From contig OZ245002.1 of NCBI GenBank assembly GCA_965223415.1, positions 1,792,001-1,856,000 on the forward strand: DNA of 64,000 nt, given 5' to 3'. The number at the start of each line of letters is the position of its first letter. Position 1 is the stretch's first letter. Position numbers and translations under genes: made by a program. The DNA is from Myxococcota bacterium (lineage in GTDB: Bacteria; Myxococcota_A; UBA9160; UBA6930). Shown here piece by piece: positions 38,986 through 50,827 of the stretch. The notes below the pieces were generated by a model that worked only from the letters and a program-made list of their open reading frames with translations, was not told the origin of the DNA and made no database searches.

Positions 38986-39855
38986 TCAGCCCAGCTTCGA
39001 GATCACGTTCTCGCCGAACTGCATCATCACGTCCCGCTTCTGTTGCACGGTCGAGGTCGGCCCGATCACGTAGCTGAAGGGGTAGCAGGTCGTCGCGGTC
39101 ATTCCCTGCTCTTCGAGGCGGCGGAGAAGATCGAGCTCCGGAGGCACGACGAGGGGAACGATCGTCTCGAAGGGCTCGCTCCCCCGGCCGGCCTCCTCGC
39201 GCAGCGTACGCAGGGCGGTGCAGAACTCCACCGCCTCGTCGGGCGTCTGGCCGGTGCCGATCCAGCCGTTGCCCAGGGTGGCGGCGCGGCGCAGGGCGAT
39301 CTTCGAGATGCCGCCGATGTAGATCGGGATGTCCGCGCCGGGCGGCGGGCTCATCTGCAGCGGCCCGAAGTCGAAGTGCGTGCCGTGGTGCTCCACCATC
39401 TCGCCGGACCAGAGCGTGCGCAGGGCCTCGATCATCTCGTTCATGCGGGCGCCGCGGGTCTTGAAGTCGACGCCCAGGGTGTCGAACTCCTCCCTGATCC
39501 ACCCCGCACCGACGCCGAGCGAGACGCGCCCCTTCGAATGGAACGCCACGGTGCCTACGCTCTTGGCCAGCTCGATCGGATTTCGCAGCGGCAGGATGTA
39601 GACCATCGTGCCGAAGCGGAGCTTCTCGGTGACCGAGGACATCGCCGCGATCGTCGTCCACGGCTCGGGCCAGGGCGTGCTGCCGTCGAAGCCGGGCTTG
39701 CCGTCCTCGGAGTAGGGGTAGCGGCTCTCGAGCCGTCCCGGGAAGAAGAGGTGGTCCGCCAGCATCACGCCGTGGAAGCCCGCCTCCTCGGCGGCCTGGG
39801 CGAGGGGAATGAGCTGGTCGGGCTCGCTGAAGGTGAGGACCTGCCAGAACTTCAC
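38986..39855 (-). CDS. LLM-class, probably F420-dependent oxidoreductase
   Basis: AQAAEEAGF...DH..P....YPYSEDG, GVGAGWIREEF, PIYIGG..ALRRAA..GNGWIG. Confidence 0.85.
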   Translation of the reverse strand: MKFWQVLTFSEPDQLIPLAQAAEEAGFHGVMLADHLFFPGRLESRYPYSEDGKPGFDGSTPWPEPWTTIAAMSSVTEKLRFGTMVYILPLRNPIELAKSVGTVAFHSKGRVSLGVGAGWIREEFDTLGVDFKTRGARMNEMIEALRTLWSGEMVEHHGTHFDFGPLQMSPPPGADIPIYIGGISKIALRRAATLGNGWIGTGQTPDEAVEFCTALRTLREEAGRGSEPFETIVPLVVPPELDLLRRLEEQGMTATTCYPFSYVIGPTSTVQQKRDVMMQFGENVISKLG

Positions 39856-40307
39856 GGCATGAACCGGCTGATGGTGTCGACGACGCAGGCCGGGCGCCGT
39901 CCGCCCTCCACCTCCACGGTGGCACGCACGACCACCTGCACGGCGCTGCCGCGGACCTCTTCGGCGGAGACCACCTCGCCGACCACCCGGATGCGCGAGC
40001 CCACCGGTACCGGCGCGGGAAAGCGCACCTTGTCGGCGCCGTAGTTCACGCCCATGGAGGCGTTCCGCACCTCGAAGACATGCGGGAGCAACGCGTTGAC
40101 GAGCGAGAGGGTGAGGTAGCCGTGGGCGATGGTGGCGCCGAAGGGCCCGTCCTTGGCCCGCTCGGGATCGACATGGATCCACTGATGGTCGCCGGTGGCA
40201 TCGGCGAACTGGTCGATGCGCTCCTGCTCGACCGTCATCCAGTCGCTCGCGCCGAGCTGTTGGCCGACGGCGGACAGCAGGTCCTTCGGACTCTCGAAGA
40301 CGGTCAT
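39852..40307 (-). CDS. MaoC-family dehydratase
   Basis: FADATGDHQWIHVDPERA, TIAHGYLTLS, VNYG..KVRF. Confidence 0.92.
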   Translation of the reverse strand: MTVFESPKDLLSAVGQQLGASDWMTVEQERIDQFADATGDHQWIHVDPERAKDGPFGATIAHGYLTLSLVNALLPHVFEVRNASMGVNYGADKVRFPAPVPVGSRIRVVGEVVSAEEVRGSAVQVVVRATVEVEGGRRPACVVDTISRFMP

Positions 40308-40320
40308 GCGGGGGCTCCTC

Positions 40321-40388
40321 GTGAGACAAGGGGACGTTCCTTTCTGTCTCACGCAGCGTGAGACAGAAAGGAACGTCCCCTTGTCTCA
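40321..40388. repeat. REP/REPIN-like palindrome, copy 2
   Basis: Same 32-nt unit as 2252-2283 in inverted doublet, different short centre (gcagc). Confidence 0.9.
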
Positions 40389-40390
40389 TT

Positions 40391-41173
40391 CTAGGGATGT
40401 TGGCTCGAGACGGGGACGACCTCGCCGGTCATGTAGGAGGCGTAGTCACTGGCGAGGAAGACCATGACGTTGGCCACCTCGAAGGGCTCGGCGGCGCGGC
40501 CGAAGGCCTCGCGGGCGGTGAGCTCCTCGAGCAGGCCGTCCGGCGTCACCTTGGAGAGGAACTCGTGCATCGCCAGGCTCGGCGCGACGGCGTTCACGCG
40601 CACACCGTGCTCGGCCACCTCCATGGCGACGCAGCGGGTGAAGGCCATCACGCCCGCCTTCGCGGCGGCGTAGTGGCTCTGGCCGGGCTGGGCCCGCCAG
40701 CCGAGCACCGAGGCATTGTTCACGATGGCGCCGCTGCCGCGCCCGGTCATGTGGGGAAGGACGGCGCGGGTCATGCGGAAGGTGCCGTTCAGGGTGACGT
40801 CGAGGACCCTGCTCCAGTCGTCGTCGCTCAGGTCCACGACGTGGCCGAAGCCGCCGAGTCCGGCGTTGTTGATCAGTACATCGAGGTGCCCGAGCTCGGC
40901 GAGGGCCGCGTCCACCGCGGCGCGCACGTCTTGCTCGGAGGTGACGTTGCAGAGCGCCGTAGCCGGTTTCGTCCCGGTGAGCTTCCCGAGCTCCTCCGCC
41001 GCGGCTTCGAGCCTGCGCGCGTGGATGTCGCTGATCATCACCTGCGCGCCCTCCTCGGCGGCGCGACGCGCCGCCCAGAAGCCGATGCCGGTGCCGGCGG
41101 CGGCGGTGACCAGGACCGTCTTCCCCTGGAGGAGGTTCCGGCCCTCGGGATACGGGGGGGCGACCTTGCTCAT
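40391..41173 (-). CDS. ipdF: SDR, IpdF-like (HIC-CoA reductase)
   Basis: VTAAAGTGIG, VNNASVLGWRAQ, EAFGRAAEP, VSSQHP end as in Rv3559c; downstream of fadE30. Confidence 0.87.
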   Translation of the reverse strand: MSKVAPPYPEGRNLLQGKTVLVTAAAGTGIGFWAARRAAEEGAQVMISDIHARRLEAAAEELGKLTGTKPATALCNVTSEQDVRAAVDAALAELGHLDVLINNAGLGGFGHVVDLSDDDWSRVLDVTLNGTFRMTRAVLPHMTGRGSGAIVNNASVLGWRAQPGQSHYAAAKAGVMAFTRCVAMEVAEHGVRVNAVAPSLAMHEFLSKVTPDGLLEELTAREAFGRAAEPFEVANVMVFLASDYASYMTGEVVPVSSQHP

Positions 41174-41180
41174 GCCTCGC

Positions 41181-42368
41181 TCAGGTGGTGGGACGCGGCT
41201 CGCGGGGCAGCCCGAGGGCCCGCTCCGCGATCTGGTTGCGCTGCACCTGGTTGGTGCCGCCGTAGAGGGTATCGGAGCGGGTGAAGAGGAAGAGCTGCTG
41301 AAGCGGCGTGAGCTGGTAAGGCCCGCCCTCGAGGATCTGTCCCTCGTCGCCGAGCACGTCCATCGCCAGCTCGCCGAGCTTGCGGTGCCAGGTGGCCCAG
41401 TGGAGCTTGGTGATCAGGCCGGCGGGCTCGGTGCTCGCGTCCTTGGCACTGAGCGTGCGCAGGGCGTTGTAGCGCTGCATCTCCAGGCCCATCCAGGCAT
41501 CGGCGATGCGTTGGCGGTAGACCGGATCGCTCGCCTTCCCGTTCGCCCTGGCCAGCTCGATGATCTCTTGCAGCTCGCCGCGGAAGAGCATCTGCTGGCC
41601 CAGGGTCGAGACACCGCGCTCGAAGGCCAGCGTCCCCATCGTCACCTTCCAGCCGTCGCCGGGGCCGGCGATCAGGTCGTCCTTGCCGGTGCGTGCGCGG
41701 TTGTAGAAGACCTCTGCGAACTCGGACTCGCCGGTGATCTGCTCGATCGGCCGCACCTCGACGCCCTCCTGGTCCATCGGGACGAGGAGATAGGTCAGGC
41801 CCTTGTGCAGCTTCGAATCCGGATCCGTGCGGCAGAGGACGAAGCACCAGTCGGCGAAGGCGGCCCAGGAGGTCCACACCTTCTGGCCCTCGATCACCCA
41901 CTCGTCGCCTTCGAGCCAGGCCCGTGTCTGCACGTTGGCCACGTCGCTGCCGGCGTTCGGCTCCGAGAAGCCCTGGCACCAGATCTCCTCGCCGGCCACG
42001 ACCGGCGGCAGGAAGCGCCGCTTCTGCTCCTCGGTGCCGAAGGCGATGAGGGTCGGGCCGAGCAGCGTCTCGCCCATGTGGTTGAGCCGGGTCGGAGCGC
42101 CGGCCCGTGCGTACTCTTCGTGGAACACGACCTCCTGGGAGAGGGAGAGCCCGCGGCCCCCGTACCGGGCAGGCCAGCCGACGCAGGTCCAGCCGCCGGA
42201 AGCCAGCTTCTTCTCCCAGGCGCGACGTTCGTCGATGTGAGCGATGGCATCCGCCTGGGCCGCCCCGCTGCCGCGGAGCACGGCGAACTCGCCGGACAGG
42301 GCGTCATCCATCCACGCCGCCACCTCGCGGCGGAAGGCCTCGTCCTCGTCCGAGAATCGAACGTGCAT
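41181..42368 (-). CDS. fadE30: Acyl-CoA dehydrogenase, FadE30-like
   Basis: LSGEFAVLRG, NHMGETLLGPTLIAFG, FERGVSTLGQQ, LFTRSDTLYGG. Confidence 0.83.
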   Translation of the reverse strand: MHVRFSDEDEAFRREVAAWMDDALSGEFAVLRGSGAAQADAIAHIDERRAWEKKLASGGWTCVGWPARYGGRGLSLSQEVVFHEEYARAGAPTRLNHMGETLLGPTLIAFGTEEQKRRFLPPVVAGEEIWCQGFSEPNAGSDVANVQTRAWLEGDEWVIEGQKVWTSWAAFADWCFVLCRTDPDSKLHKGLTYLLVPMDQEGVEVRPIEQITGESEFAEVFYNRARTGKDDLIAGPGDGWKVTMGTLAFERGVSTLGQQMLFRGELQEIIELARANGKASDPVYRQRIADAWMGLEMQRYNALRTLSAKDASTEPAGLITKLHWATWHRKLGELAMDVLGDEGQILEGGPYQLTPLQQLFLFTRSDTLYGGTNQVQRNQIAERALGLPREPRPTT

Positions 42369-42382
42369 CGCCAGTGGAAATT

Positions 42383-42401
42383 ACAATACGGTACGTATCG
42401 T
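42383..42401. promoter_or_regulatory. Putative TetR operator site 2
   Basis: ACAATACGGTACGTATCGT in fadE30/SDR divergent gap; on minus strand lies between TTGCAT and TAATTT (18-bp spacer). Confidence 0.72.
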
Positions 42402-42450
42402 ATGCAAGTTCCGGGGCGAGCCCCCCTGGGAACGTGCTTCAATGGCGGCC

Positions 42451-43245
42451 ATGAGCATCCTCGACCGCTTCAAGCTCACCGATCGCGTCGCGGTCGTGAC
42501 CGGGGCCGGCAAGGGCATCGGACGCGGCATCGCCCTGGCCTTCGCCGAGGCCGGCGCCGACGTGGTGTGCGCGGCGCGCACCAAGGACGACCTGGAGACC
42601 ACGGCGGAGGGCATCCGCGAGCGCGGTCGCCGCGCCCTCGTGGTCCCGACCGACGTGCTCGAGAGCGAGCAGCTCGAGGCCCTGGTCGACGCCACCCTCA
42701 CTGGCTTCGGCCGCGTGGACGTGCTGGTGAACAACGCGGGCGGCACCGGCCCGCGCCCCGCCCTCCAGACCAGCGAGCGCTACTTCGAGAACGCCCTGCG
42801 CTTCAACGTCACCCAGGCCTTCCTGCTCTCGCGCCTCGTCATCCCGAAGATGGTCGAGAGCGCCGGGGGCGGCGCCATCGTGAACGTTTCGAGCCGCTCG
42901 AGCGACATGGTGCAGACCTCCTTCGTGGCCTACGCCGCCGGCAAGGCCGCCCTCAACATGATGACCCGCAACCTGGCCGCCGAGGTGGCGCCGAAGGTGC
43001 GCGTCAACGCCATCTCCGTGGGCGGCGTCGAGACCGAAGGCCTCGCGGTCGTGCTCACCAACGAGGCGCTGCGCGAGCAGTTCAACACCGGCACGCCGAT
43101 GGGGCGGCCCGGCACCGTCGAGGACATCGCCGCGGCGGCCCTCTACCTGGCGTCGCCCGCCTCGGCGTGGGTGACGGGCAAGATCTTCCAGGTGGACGGG
43201 GGTTCCAATGCTCCCGCCATGAGCGTTCCGGTCCCGGAGCTGTAA
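42451..43245 (+). CDS. SDR, 7-alpha-hydroxysteroid dehydrogenase-like (Rv0927c-like)
   Basis: ILDRFKL, TGAGKGIG, NNAGG, YAAGK, PVPEL end. Confidence 0.8.
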   Translation: MSILDRFKLTDRVAVVTGAGKGIGRGIALAFAEAGADVVCAARTKDDLETTAEGIRERGRRALVVPTDVLESEQLEALVDATLTGFGRVDVLVNNAGGTGPRPALQTSERYFENALRFNVTQAFLLSRLVIPKMVESAGGGAIVNVSSRSSDMVQTSFVAYAAGKAALNMMTRNLAAEVAPKVRVNAISVGGVETEGLAVVLTNEALREQFNTGTPMGRPGTVEDIAAAALYLASPASAWVTGKIFQVDGGSNAPAMSVPVPEL

Positions 43246-43255
43246 GGAGCTCGCC

Positions 43256-44323
43256 ATGCGCGTCGGCGTCCTCGGTATCTACCAGAACTACCTTGGCCGG
43301 GAGAGCGACGCGGAGATGATGGCCGCGGAGATGCGCCTCGCCGACGGGGTGGAGCCCCTCGGTTACGACAGCTACTGGCCTCCCGAGCACCACTTCACCG
43401 ACTACTCGCTCTGCCCGGACAACGTGCAGGTGCTCTCGTGGCTCGCCGGCCGCACCACGAAGCTGCGGCTCGGCACCGGCGCGGTGATCGTTCCGTGGAA
43501 CGACCCGCTGCGCGTCGCCGAGAGGGTGGCGCTGCTCGACCATCTTTCCGGGGGCCGTGCGATCCTGGGCCTCGGCCGCGGCCTCTCGCGCACTGAGTAC
43601 GGCCACTTCCAGATCGAGATGGACTCGAGCCGGGCGCGCTTCGACGAGGCCTCCCAGATGATCATCGACGCCCTCGAGACCGGCTTCATCGAAGGCGACG
43701 GACCGCACTATCCCCAGGTGCGCACGCCGATCCGCCCGCGGCCGGCGAAGAGCTTCCGCGAGCGCTTCTACGCCGTCGGCCTCTCACCGGACTCGGTGGA
43801 GCAGGCCGCCCGCCTCGGGGCGCGCCTCATGACCTTCACCCAGCAGCCCTGGCAGATGTACGCCGACGGCGCCTGGGCGGACTACAAGCGCCACTGGGCG
43901 AAGCACCGCGGCGGCGAGGTCCCGGCCCCGCTCACCGGCGACTTGATGTTCTGCGACCCGAGCGCCGACCGTGCCGAGGCCATGGCCCGGGAGTACATGA
44001 GCAACTACTTCCTCAGCATCGTCGACCACTACGAGCTGATGAGCGAGCACTTCGAGGGCGTCGGCGGCTACGAGCTCTACGCGAGCTCCGCCGAGGTCTT
44101 CCGCGCCGCCGGAGTCGAGCCCGCCGCCGAGACGTACATCGGCATCCAGACCTGGGGCACTCCCCAGCAGATCCTCGAGCGCTTCGAGGAGAGGCATCGG
44201 CTGCTCGGGCCGTTCGAAGTGCTGCTGCTCGCGCGCTACGGCGGGATGGGCATCGAGAACGCCGAGGGCAGCCTGGGGTGTTTCGCCGAGGAGGTTCTAC
44301 CGGAGGTCCACAGCTGGACCTAG
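43256..44323 (+). CDS. LLM-class flavin-dependent oxidoreductase
   Basis: WPPEHHFTDY, PWNDPLRVAE, LDHLSGGR, GLGRG. Confidence 0.88.
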   Translation: MRVGVLGIYQNYLGRESDAEMMAAEMRLADGVEPLGYDSYWPPEHHFTDYSLCPDNVQVLSWLAGRTTKLRLGTGAVIVPWNDPLRVAERVALLDHLSGGRAILGLGRGLSRTEYGHFQIEMDSSRARFDEASQMIIDALETGFIEGDGPHYPQVRTPIRPRPAKSFRERFYAVGLSPDSVEQAARLGARLMTFTQQPWQMYADGAWADYKRHWAKHRGGEVPAPLTGDLMFCDPSADRAEAMAREYMSNYFLSIVDHYELMSEHFEGVGGYELYASSAEVFRAAGVEPAAETYIGIQTWGTPQQILERFEERHRLLGPFEVLLLARYGGMGIENAEGSLGCFAEEVLPEVHSWT

Positions 44324-44419
44324 GCGAGCCGGGGCACCTGCTCCGGAGCCGGGCTTCGGCTCAGGAAGTTCCCGCGGGCGGCCGATAGGGGCACTTCGCA
44401 TCACCGCGAAGGCCCCGAC

Positions 44420-45601
44420 ATGCCTGCTGGAGAGAAGACCCCGCATCGCGTCCTCCTCGTGGACGACGAGGTCCGGGTCACCCACAACCTGCGCGCGCTG
44501 TTCCGCCGCCTCCCCCTCGAGGTGTTCACCGCAGCCAGCGCCGAAGACGCCCTCGCGCTCCTCGCCGAGCAGCCCGTCGACGTCGTGGTCTCGGACGAGC
44601 GGATGCCCGGGATGCCGGGCTCCCGATTCCTCGCGGAGGTGCGCCGCCTCTACCCGGACACCGTCCGGATGATCCTCACGGGCCAGGCCAGTCTGGAATC
44701 CACCATCGATGCGATCAACGAGGGCGGGATCTTCCGCTTCCTCACCAAGCCGTGCGATGGCGAGGACCTGGTATCGGCCATCGAGGAGGCAGTCTCGGTC
44801 CGGGTGAAGCAGCGCGCGATGCACCTCGACCGGATGGCGGGCCCCGCCAGCGCGCTCGGGTCCAGCGAGGCCGCCTTCGAAGCGGCCCTGGACAGCTCCT
44901 GGATGGCCTATCAACCGATCCTCTCCGGTGCCACGCAGGCGGGTGTGGGCTACGAAGCCCTGCTCCGGCCGGACCACCCCGAGTTCCCGGGCCCGATGGA
45001 GCTGATCCACACAGCGGAGATGCTGGGGCGGATCCCGGACCTCGAGCTGCGCGTCTTCGAGCTGATCAGCGCCGAGCTCGACCAGACGCACCCGGACCTC
45101 CATCTCCTCGTGAACCTGCACCCGCAGATGCTGAACGAGAGTCAGATCTTCGACGCGGACCTGCCCCTCCACCGTCACTCGAAGCGCATCTACCTCGAGA
45201 TCACGGAGCGCGCGCCCCTCGAGAGCGTTCCCGGATGCCGCGAGAAGGTCGCGGCCCTGCGCGAGCGCGGCTATCGCATCGCCCTGGACGACCTGGGCGC
45301 CGGCTACTCGGGCCTCGCCAGCTTCGCGGAGCTCCAGCCCGACCTGGTGAAGTTCGATCGAACCCTCGTCTCCCACGTCCAGGACCGCCCCGTGCAGAGC
45401 CGCCTGATCTCCTCCGTCGTCCGCGTGTGCCAGGAGATGTCGATCACCACCGTCGCCGAGGGCGTGGAGCACCGGGAGGAGCGCGACCACCTGGTCGCCC
45501 TGGGCTGCGACTACTTCCAGGGCTTCTTCTTCGGAAGGCCGGGGAAGGCATTCCCCGAGCCGAACTGGAACGGAATCCCGCCGAGGAGCTCGAAACGATG
45601 A
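44420..45601 (+). CDS. Response regulator with EAL c-di-GMP phosphodiesterase domain
   Basis: LLVDDE, SDERMP, FLTKP; YQPI, YEALLR, EITE, ALDDLGAGYS, AEGVE, FQG. Confidence 0.92.
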   Translation: MPAGEKTPHRVLLVDDEVRVTHNLRALFRRLPLEVFTAASAEDALALLAEQPVDVVVSDERMPGMPGSRFLAEVRRLYPDTVRMILTGQASLESTIDAINEGGIFRFLTKPCDGEDLVSAIEEAVSVRVKQRAMHLDRMAGPASALGSSEAAFEAALDSSWMAYQPILSGATQAGVGYEALLRPDHPEFPGPMELIHTAEMLGRIPDLELRVFELISAELDQTHPDLHLLVNLHPQMLNESQIFDADLPLHRHSKRIYLEITERAPLESVPGCREKVAALRERGYRIALDDLGAGYSGLASFAELQPDLVKFDRTLVSHVQDRPVQSRLISSVVRVCQEMSITTVAEGVEHREERDHLVALGCDYFQGFFFGRPGKAFPEPNWNGIPPRSSKR

Positions 45602-46710
45602 CCCGCCTGGTCCGGTTGGCGGCGCTGTGTCTTGCCGCAATGCTCGTCCTGGGAGCGCCCGCCAGCCTTGCGGCCGATCGATCCGGCAGCGGCTGGCCGA
45701 GCCTGCGCCTCCCCTGGCTGGACGCGGCCCGCAGCTCGTCGGAGAACTTCCGCCTCACTCTCGACCTGAGCCAACGCGCCCTCTTCTCCGAGGAGACCGA
45801 CGAGCTCGGTTTCGTGACAGCTCTGGGGCTCGATAGCCACAAGGTCTTCACCGGCGAGAAAGGCGATTGGGCCACGCTCACCCTGCAGGGCTACCTGACC
45901 AAGACGGAGGACGTGCCGGGAGCACCTCCGTTCTTCGAGGGCGCCGATGATTGGGAGTTCGTCTTCCGGATCTTCAACGCGAACTTCGCCCTGCTCGAGC
46001 GCCAGAAGCTCAACCTGCGCGTCGGGCATTTCGAGCTCCCCTACGGACTCGAGCACTCCATCAACACGAATGGAACGCTCCGGGACTTCACCCACGGGGC
46101 CAATCTCGGCATCAAGGCCGACTGGGGCGTTTCGCTGAACGGCGTCCTTCCCTCGTTCGAGTACGAGGTCGGCGTCACCCGTGGCGTGGCGGACGAAGCG
46201 GACGGTGAGCGGACCTACCTGCTGGCCGGCCGCGTCGGCACGCCCTCGGATGGGGGTGTGGTCGCAGGGCTGTCCTTCATGCACGGCCGGCTCTCGAACG
46301 AACGCGCCGTGGGGCTGTGGAAGGCGAGCCTGCGCGACGCCGCCGAAGGCGCCGGAACCAAGCACATCCTGCGACGAACTCGCGTCGGCCTCGACCTCCA
46401 GTGGCACCTCGAGCCCGCCAGCGTGCTCGCGGAGCTGAGCTGGGGGGAGGACTTCGATCGCCAGGTGCTGAACGCTCTGCTCGAGCTGGATCGTGAGCTC
46501 GGCATGAGCACCACGCTCTACCTGCAGGGCCGGCACTTCGCGCGGGAGTGGGGAAGCAGCTGGGATCAGGCTTCCACCGTGGCTTTGGGTGCCCGCTACA
46601 CGCCGGACGGCCATTGGGCGGTGAGCGCTCAGCTGGAGACCGACCTTTCGACCTTCGGAGCCAAGCGCCGGGATGTCCGGCTCGCAGCGCAGCTCCGGTA
46701 CCGTTTCTGA
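45598..46710 (+). CDS. Putative outer-membrane beta-barrel protein
   Basis: Signal peptide, alternating amphipathic strands, RVGHFELPYGLE, C-terminal QLRYRF beta-signal. Confidence 0.7.
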   Translation: MTRLVRLAALCLAAMLVLGAPASLAADRSGSGWPSLRLPWLDAARSSSENFRLTLDLSQRALFSEETDELGFVTALGLDSHKVFTGEKGDWATLTLQGYLTKTEDVPGAPPFFEGADDWEFVFRIFNANFALLERQKLNLRVGHFELPYGLEHSINTNGTLRDFTHGANLGIKADWGVSLNGVLPSFEYEVGVTRGVADEADGERTYLLAGRVGTPSDGGVVAGLSFMHGRLSNERAVGLWKASLRDAAEGAGTKHILRRTRVGLDLQWHLEPASVLAELSWGEDFDRQVLNALLELDRELGMSTTLYLQGRHFAREWGSSWDQASTVALGARYTPDGHWAVSAQLETDLSTFGAKRRDVRLAAQLRYRF

Positions 46711-46720
46711 GGAGCAGGGA

Positions 46721-47383
46721 ATGGTTCCCATCGTCTCGAGAGCGCTCAGCGGTGCCCTCGCCGCCCTCTTTCTGCTCGCGATTCCCGGCTCGGCCGCCGG
46801 GCAGGCGTACTGCGCGCTGCGCGATCCGATTCGCAGCATCTACCGCCTCTTTCCAGATGCGGACAGCCACGTCTCGATCGTTCGCGAGGTCAGCAACGAG
46901 GCGCGCCAGGAGGTGGGCAGGCGCCTGCCCTTCACGCTTCACTCGACCGAGCTGGGCACCCACACCATCTACGTCGCGCAACACGACGGCGTCGCCGAGG
47001 GCATCGTGCACGTGCGGTCAGAGCCCAGCGAGTGGGGTCTCGTAGAGGTCGCCTGGGCCATCGACACGGAGCTACGGATCACGGGCTTCGAGATCCAACG
47101 CTGCCGCAGCCGTCAGCGAGAGGCCGTGGAGGCCGAGGCCTTCCGGAACCAGCTCACGGGAGCCTCGAGCGACGAGTTGCGAAGGCTGATCGGAAGCGAC
47201 GGGACGATCCGAGCGGAGGTGCTCGAGGTTCCCCCGGAGGCCCGCGTGCTCGCGGCCGCCCTCGTACGGAGCGGGCTGAAGACCCTCGAAGTCACGCCGG
47301 TCGTGTGGGCGGAGGACCTGGCACCGCGCGGCTTCGCCACCGCCTCGCCCGTTGGAGACGCTCCGCCGGCGAACGCCGAGTAG
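46721..47383 (+). CDS. Exported hypothetical protein, weak resemblance to FMN-binding (RnfG-like) folds
   Basis: Signal peptide; LFPDAD, GLVEVAWAID..RITG, FRNQLTG pattern. Confidence 0.55.
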   Translation: MVPIVSRALSGALAALFLLAIPGSAAGQAYCALRDPIRSIYRLFPDADSHVSIVREVSNEARQEVGRRLPFTLHSTELGTHTIYVAQHDGVAEGIVHVRSEPSEWGLVEVAWAIDTELRITGFEIQRCRSRQREAVEAEAFRNQLTGASSDELRRLIGSDGTIRAEVLEVPPEARVLAAALVRSGLKTLEVTPVVWAEDLAPRGFATASPVGDAPPANAE

Positions 47384-47386
47384 GCA

Positions 47387-49345
<1,959 letters not shown>

Positions 49346-49411
49346 AAGTGGCTCCGTCGGTGTGCTTGATGGAAGTGCCAACCACCATCATGCCTCCGAG
49401 GAGCCACATTC

Positions 49412-50779
49412 GTGAAGCTAAGCAGACACCGGATTCGAGCCCGCGTCAAGGGCGAATTGTCGATCGCCTTCACGGATGAGGCGCTGACGAGCTACGGCGG
49501 GCTGGAGCTGTTCCGGCGCTTCTTCGACCGCTTTTGGGCAGAGCGCCTGAAAGCGGCCTTTGCGGATCGGGCGTTCGACTCGGACTACGGATCCTTCCGC
49601 TGCATGCTGGTGGTGGTGGGGATGCTGCTGCTGGGAGGGAGCCGTCTCTCGCATGTCCGGGTGCTCGATCGGGATCCGTTGTTTCGGCGGTTCGTCCGAT
49701 TGCAGCGGCTTCCGGACGAGCGGACCCTGGCGAGGAACCTGAAGGAGCTGACGTCGGGCTACCGCGATCGTCTGAACGAACTGCTGCGGGACATGGCCTA
49801 TGGAACCCACACAGGGCTCGGCTTGGAGCGGGCCACGATCGAGCTGGACGGCACCGTGCTTCGGACGGGCGAGTACGTGGACGGCGCCGAGCGCGGCTTC
49901 AACCCACATCACCCGAAGGACCCGTCCTACTACCCGCTGACGGCGCACCTGGCGCAGACGAGCCAGCTGCTCGGCGTATGGAACCGGCCGGGCAATGTGA
50001 ACGATGCGGTGGGCGCTGCGGAGAAGCTGGCCTTTCTCCTGGGCGACGCGAAGCGGCGCCTCGATCGGGTCCCGATCGAGGTGCGGCTCGATGGCGCCTT
50101 CTTCCAGAAGGCCGTTCTCGAGGTTCTCACGGCCTCTCGCGTGGAGTACGCCCTCAAGGTCCCCATGTGGCGCTGGCTCGGCGTGCGTGAGAAGATCGCC
50201 GCCCGGAAGCGTTGGCACCGCGTCAACGCGAGCGTCGACGCCTTCTCCGTCGTCCACCGGATCCCACAGTGGAAGCGCTGCGAGCGGATCGTGGTGTTCC
50301 GCAAGAAGGTCTCCGGGCGAAGCGCGAAGAACTTCCAGCTCGACCTCTTCACCCCGGACGATGGCCACTACGAGTACTCGATGGTCGCGACGAACAAGCG
50401 GACCAGCGAGGCCGCCGTCTGGGCCTTCATGGCCGGACGCGGCGGCCACGAGAAGACGCTGGCCGAGCTCAAACAGCACCTGGCGTTCGCCACCATCCCG
50501 ACCCAGGACTGGGACGCCAACAGCAACTGGCAGCTGCTCAGTGCCCTGACCCACAACCTGGTGCGGGACTTCCAAGCCACGCTTGGCCTGCCAGAGCGAC
50601 CCAACGGCCGAAAGCGGACCGCCCGGCTCCGCTTCCCCTCGCTCCGCACGCTCCGCTTCGAGCTGATCCAGCTCCCTGGCCGCATCGCTCGGCCTGCCGG
50701 ACGCGCTTCGCTCCGAATCGCCGCGTCCTCGCGCAGCCGCTCCACCATCCGGGCCGCCGAGACCGCGCTCGCCGCGTGA
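49412..50779 (+). CDS. IS1380-family DDE transposase
   Basis: LTSYGGL, IELDGT, SYYPL, RPGN, VRLDGAF, GRGGHEK..AELK. Confidence 0.9.
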   Translation: MKLSRHRIRARVKGELSIAFTDEALTSYGGLELFRRFFDRFWAERLKAAFADRAFDSDYGSFRCMLVVVGMLLLGGSRLSHVRVLDRDPLFRRFVRLQRLPDERTLARNLKELTSGYRDRLNELLRDMAYGTHTGLGLERATIELDGTVLRTGEYVDGAERGFNPHHPKDPSYYPLTAHLAQTSQLLGVWNRPGNVNDAVGAAEKLAFLLGDAKRRLDRVPIEVRLDGAFFQKAVLEVLTASRVEYALKVPMWRWLGVREKIAARKRWHRVNASVDAFSVVHRIPQWKRCERIVVFRKKVSGRSAKNFQLDLFTPDDGHYEYSMVATNKRTSEAAVWAFMAGRGGHEKTLAELKQHLAFATIPTQDWDANSNWQLLSALTHNLVRDFQATLGLPERPNGRKRTARLRFPSLRTLRFELIQLPGRIARPAGRASLRIAASSRSRSTIRAAETALAA

Positions 50780-50827
50780 GCCCGCCAGACCTACGCTCGG
50801 ATCCGTGATCTCAATGCCGGATCAGGG

